DNA of 64,000 bases, from the NCBI GenBank assembly GCA_965603825.1, contig CBFDEM010000058.1:783424-847423 (forward strand). The letters are read 5' to 3'. This stretch comes from Blepharisma stoltei ATCC 30299 (taxonomy: Eukaryota; Protista; Ciliophora). Shown in pieces: positions 59,979 through 64,000 of this stretch (its first letter is position 1; every line of letters starts with the position of its first letter). A model generated the notes under the pieces. That model was not told the DNA's origin, ran no database searches, and saw only the letters and a program-made list of their open reading frames with translations. Made by a program: the position numbers and the translations under genes.

Positions 59979-60985
59979 TAAGCAAATAATAGCATTCCTT
60001 CATTAAACCTAAAATTTAATTGTGGAAGCAAAATATTCTTTAAGCAGGAATAAAATTTAAAAGAGCTAAAAATACAAAGTTTAGCCAATTGATAGCATGG
60101 AAACTCTTCATTCAGAGCATGGATTAGGAGCAGGATTATTATACAAACTAAATAAAACTATAATGTTAAATTATCTGATAATTATTATTCTTTTACTTAT
60201 TTTTTCTATATTAATCTTTTTTGTATAATTTCCAAAGAATATTTACTAATGCTGCAGCAAATTCCCTTCAGAATTGCTCTTTGAAAGCGTAAATTAAATT
60301 AAAAATATGAGAAAAAATTGATTATTTATAAGTTTCAATTTAAATTATGTAAGCATATTCAAGGTGCTCGAAAGTTGTAAATTTATTTTAAGTTGATTCA
60401 GCTTTCTTTAAAGTTACGTAAGATAATGCTATAATTCCATTTAAATCTTTAAATCGAGTGCACATCTCAACCTTTCAGCTTTTCCCCAATTTTTTAATAA
60501 TTGCATCTTGTCTTATAATTACTTCCCTTATAATAAATGATTTTTAATATCCCTTTTACTATTCTAATGGGTCTGTGACTTTATTGCAAATCTTATATGC
60601 TCAACAGCAGTTTCACCACTATTGGCAAGTTCATAGTTTTGGATTCAAAGTTATTTGAGTATGTGCCACCAGCATCATAATGCTTTGGTTTCATCTTCTG
60701 CTTTATTTTTATAATAGATCAATTTCCTCCGTGATTTATCTTTAAATTAGTATAAATTTGTAATTTAAAAGTATAAATGTTGCTTTAATGTTATATTTAA
60801 AAAATATATATACTAATAAGAACGAAATCTATCAGAATATTTTAAATTGCTGATAAGATTAAGCATTTATAAATTTGCGTCAATATTAGTTTGTTATATG
60901 CAAATAAACGTGCATTTGGTCAGAAGTTAAAACAAAATTATTATTTTATATGCAGCTTAATAATTATTTATAGCTCAAATACTGC

Positions 60986-61630
60986 CTATCCCATAATCAT
61001 TCTGCATTCTTCTCCTCTTTCTCTAACTTCAACATTAATCCAAGACCAGCTTTCTCCATACTCCTCAAAAGTGGTATAGCTATCTATCCCAGCTTCAAAG
61101 GTTTCAGATACAATTGGCATGCTAATTTCGTCACTTCTATGCATCTTTACCCTCCATTTGCAGTCAAAAAATCCACAATTTTCTGCATTTCCTGCTTTTC
61201 GCTTGCAAACTGGGCAATATAAATTAGTCACAGTTTCCCCAATATTAAAAACCCCAAATCCTTAATTGACTAAAATAAACCCTTCTCTTGAGGCTTCACA
61301 TTTAGGGTTATAGCATTTAGTTTTAAAAGAAATTCCTCTTTTCGCAGTTCTCCAGACTGGAGCATTTTCATCAAATTTCAAATGGACTTCTTTTTCATGG
61401 GAAAGATTGGCAAATATGAAGCCAGCATTTGTGGCCCCACCTAAGGCTCTATGCTGCGCTTCAATAATGTCACCATCTTTAATGCCTAGGTTTTCGATTG
61501 CTTCATTATCATTTAAAAGCATGTTATTTTTGACCAGTCGATCGACCTTTTTACCTTTGCATGCTAGAATTCATTTTAATTTTATGATTTTTGATTGTCC
61601 TTTGATGTACTAATTAGTTTTTTTAGTTCT
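60986..61630 (-). pseudogene. Ubiquitin-like (…ALGG) + Cys-rich domain gene, 5'-truncated at the telomere, with a premature TAA
   Basis: LKWILAC..RLVKNNMLLNDNEAIENLGIKDGDIIEAQHRALGG, then APVWR..RG...CYNPKC..GFG.F...CPVC...CGFFDCKW. In-frame TAA at 61262. No ATG for the Ubl start before the telomere. Confidence 0.7.
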
Positions 61631-64000
61631 TGTTAGGGTGTTAGGGTGTTAGGGTGTTAGGGTGTTAGGGTGTTAGGGTGTTAGGGTGTTAGGGTGTTAG
61701 GGTGTTAGGGTGTTAGGGTGTTAGGGTGTTAGGGTGTTAGGGTGTTAGGGTGTTAGGGTGTTAGGGTGTTAGGGTGTTAGGGGTGTTAGGGTGTTAGGGT
61801 GTTAGGGTGTTAGGGTGTTAGGGTGTTAGGGTGTTAGGGTGTTAGGGTGTTAGGGTGTTAGGGTGTTAGGGTGTTAGGGTGTTAGGGTGTTAGGGTGTTA
61901 GGGTGTTAGGGTGTTAGGGTGTTAGGGTGTTAGGGTGTTAGGGTGTTAGGGTGTTAGGGTGTTAGGGTGTTAGGGTGTTAGGGTGTTAGGGTGTTAGGGT
62001 GTTAGGGTGTTAGGGTGTTAGGGTGTTAGGGTGTTAGGGTGTTAGGGTGTTAGGGTGTTAGGGTGTTAGGGTGTTAGGGTGTTAGGGTGTTAGGGTGTTA
62101 GGGTGTTAGGGTGTTAGGGTGTTAGGGTGTTAGGGTGTTAGGGTGTTAGGGTGTTAGGGTGTTAGGGTGTTAGGGTGTTAGGGTGTTAGGGTGTTAGGGT
62201 GTTAGGGTGTTAGGGTGTTAGGGTGTTAGGGTGTTAGGGTGTTAGGGTGTTAGGGTGTTAGGGTGTTAGGGTGTTAGGGTGTTAGGGTGTTAGGGTGTTA
62301 GGGTGTTTAGGGTGTTAGGGTGTTAGGGTGTTAGGGTGTTAGGGTGTTAGGGTGTTAGGGTGTTAGGGTGTTAGGGTGTTAGGGTGTTAGGGTGTTAGGG
62401 TGTTAGGGTGTTAGGGTGTTAGGGTGTTAGGGTGTTAGGGTGTTAGGGTGTTAGGGGTGTTAGGGTGTTAGGGTGTTAGGGTGTTAGGGTGTTAGGGTGT
62501 TAGGGTGTTAGGGTGTTAGGGTGTTAGGGTGTTAGGGTGTTAGGGTGTTAGGGTGTTAGGGTGTTAGGGTGTTAGGGTGTTAGGGTGTTAGGGTGTTAGG
62601 GTGTTAGGGTGTTAGGGTGTTAGGGTGTTAGGGTGTTAGGGTGTTAGGGTGTTAGGGTGTTAGGGTGTTAGGGTGTTAGGGTGTTAGGGTGTTAGGGTGT
62701 TAGGGTGTTAGGGTGTTAGGGTGTTAGGGTGTTAGGGTGTTAGGGTGTTAGGGTGTTAGGGTGTTAGGGTGTTAGGGTGTTAGGGTGTTAGGGTGTTAGG
62801 GTGTTAGGGTGTTAGGGTGTTAGGGTGTTAGGGGTGGTTAGGGTGTTAGGGTGTTAGGGTGTTAGGGTGTTAGGGTGTTAGGGTGTTAGGGTGTTAGGGT
62901 GTTAGGGTGTTAGGGTGTTAGGGTGTTAGGGTGTTAGGGTGTTAGGGTGGGTTAGGGTGTTAGGGTGTTAGGGTGTTAGGGTGTTAGGGTGTTAGGGTGT
63001 TAGGGTGTTAGGGTGTTAGGGTGTTAGGGTGTTAGGGTGTTAGGGTGTTAGGGTGTTAGGGTGTTAGGGTGTTAGGGTGTTAGGGTGTTAGGGTGTTAGG
63101 GTGTTAGGGTGTTAGGGTGTTAGGGTGTTAGGGTGTTAGGGTGTTAGGGTGTTAGGGTGTTAGGGTGTGTTAGGGTGTTAGGGTGTTAGGGTGTTAGGGT
63201 GTTAGGGTGTTAGGGTGTTAGGGTGTTAGGGTGTTAGGGTGTTAGGGTGTTAGGGTGTTAGGGTGTTAGGGTGTTAGGGTGTTAGGGTGTTAGGGTGTTA
63301 GGGTGTTAGGGTGTTAGGGTGTTAGGGTGTTAGGGTGTTAGGGTGTTAGGGTGTTAGGGTGTTAGGGTGTTAGGGTGTTTGGGTGTTAGGGTGTTAGGGT
63401 GTTAGGGTGTTAGGGGTGTTAGGGTGTTAGGGTGTTAGGGTGTTAGGGTGTTAGGGTGTTAGGGTGTTAGGGTGTTAGGGTGTTAGGGTGTTAGGGTGTT
63501 AGGGTGTTAGGGTGTTAGGGTGTTAGGGTGTTTGGGTGTTAGGGTGTTAGGGTGTTAGGGTGTTAGGGTGTTAGGGTGTTAGGGTGTTAGGGTGTTAGGG
63601 TGTTAGGGTGTTAGGGTGTTAGGGTGTTAGGGTGTTAGGGTGTTAGGGTGTTAGGGTGTTAGGGTGTTAGGGTGTTAGGGTGTTAGGGTGTTAGGGTGTT
63701 AGGGTGTTAGGGTGTTAGGGTGTTAGGGTGTTAGGGTGTTAGGGTGTTAGGGTGTTAGGGTGTTAGGGTGTTAGGGTGTTAGGGTGTTAGGGTGTTAGGG
63801 TGTTAGGGTGTTAGGGTGTTAGGGTGTTAGGGTGTTAGGGTGTTAGGGGTGTTAGGGTGTTAGGGTGTTAGGGTGTTAGGGTGTTAGGGTGTTAGGGTGT
63901 TAGGGTGTTAGGGTGTTAGGGTGTTAGGGGGTGTTAGGGTGTTAGGGTGTTAGGGTGTTAGGGTGTTAGGGTGTTAGGGTGTTAGGGTGTTATGGGTGTT
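61631..64000 (+). repeat. Telomere (TGTTAGGG)n / (CCCTAACA)n, about 295 units
   Basis: 8-nt tandem array to the end of the window with the G-rich strand pointing outward. This is the heterotrich (Blepharisma/Stentor) repeat. Confidence 0.98.

Noticed and set aside
1-60000. Interpreting the many TGA-split ORFs as pseudogenes, selenoproteins, or mitochondrial/mycoplasma DNA
   Set aside because: The TGAs align to Trp rather than Cys. The genes are nuclear eukaryotic, with spliceosomal introns and a telomere.

Overview
Eukaryotic, AT-rich, gene-dense chromosome end from a heterotrich ciliate macronucleus, almost certainly Blepharisma. Three observations support this. UGA is read as Trp: dozens of in-frame TGAs sit at conserved Trp positions, and real stops are TAA/TAG. 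Spliceosomal introns are 15-16 nt. The window ends in about 2.37 kb of (TGTTAGGG)n = (CCCTAACA)n telomere. The supplied ORF track uses the wrong code and fragments most genes. Re-reading with UGA=Trp gives about 30 genes, including a KIF6-like kinesin, nucleolin-like, CNNM, NEK, NOT4-like, THOC1, copine, RCC1, kynurenine aminotransferase, a 1909-aa EEEE four-domain Ca2+ channel, an SDR, CDP-DAG synthase and a Kelch protein. Several decayed local duplicates, a Merlin/IS1595 transposase fossil and a telomere-abutting ubiquitin-like pseudogene are also present. The most novel-looking element is a three-gene cluster (51.9-57.6 kb) of large proteins ending in a group-I truncated (2/2) haemoglobin domain; two of them also carry an N-terminal ATP-grasp-like domain, making them candidate globin-coupled O2/NO sensors. 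All annotations come from manual translation and motif recognition; no searches were run.
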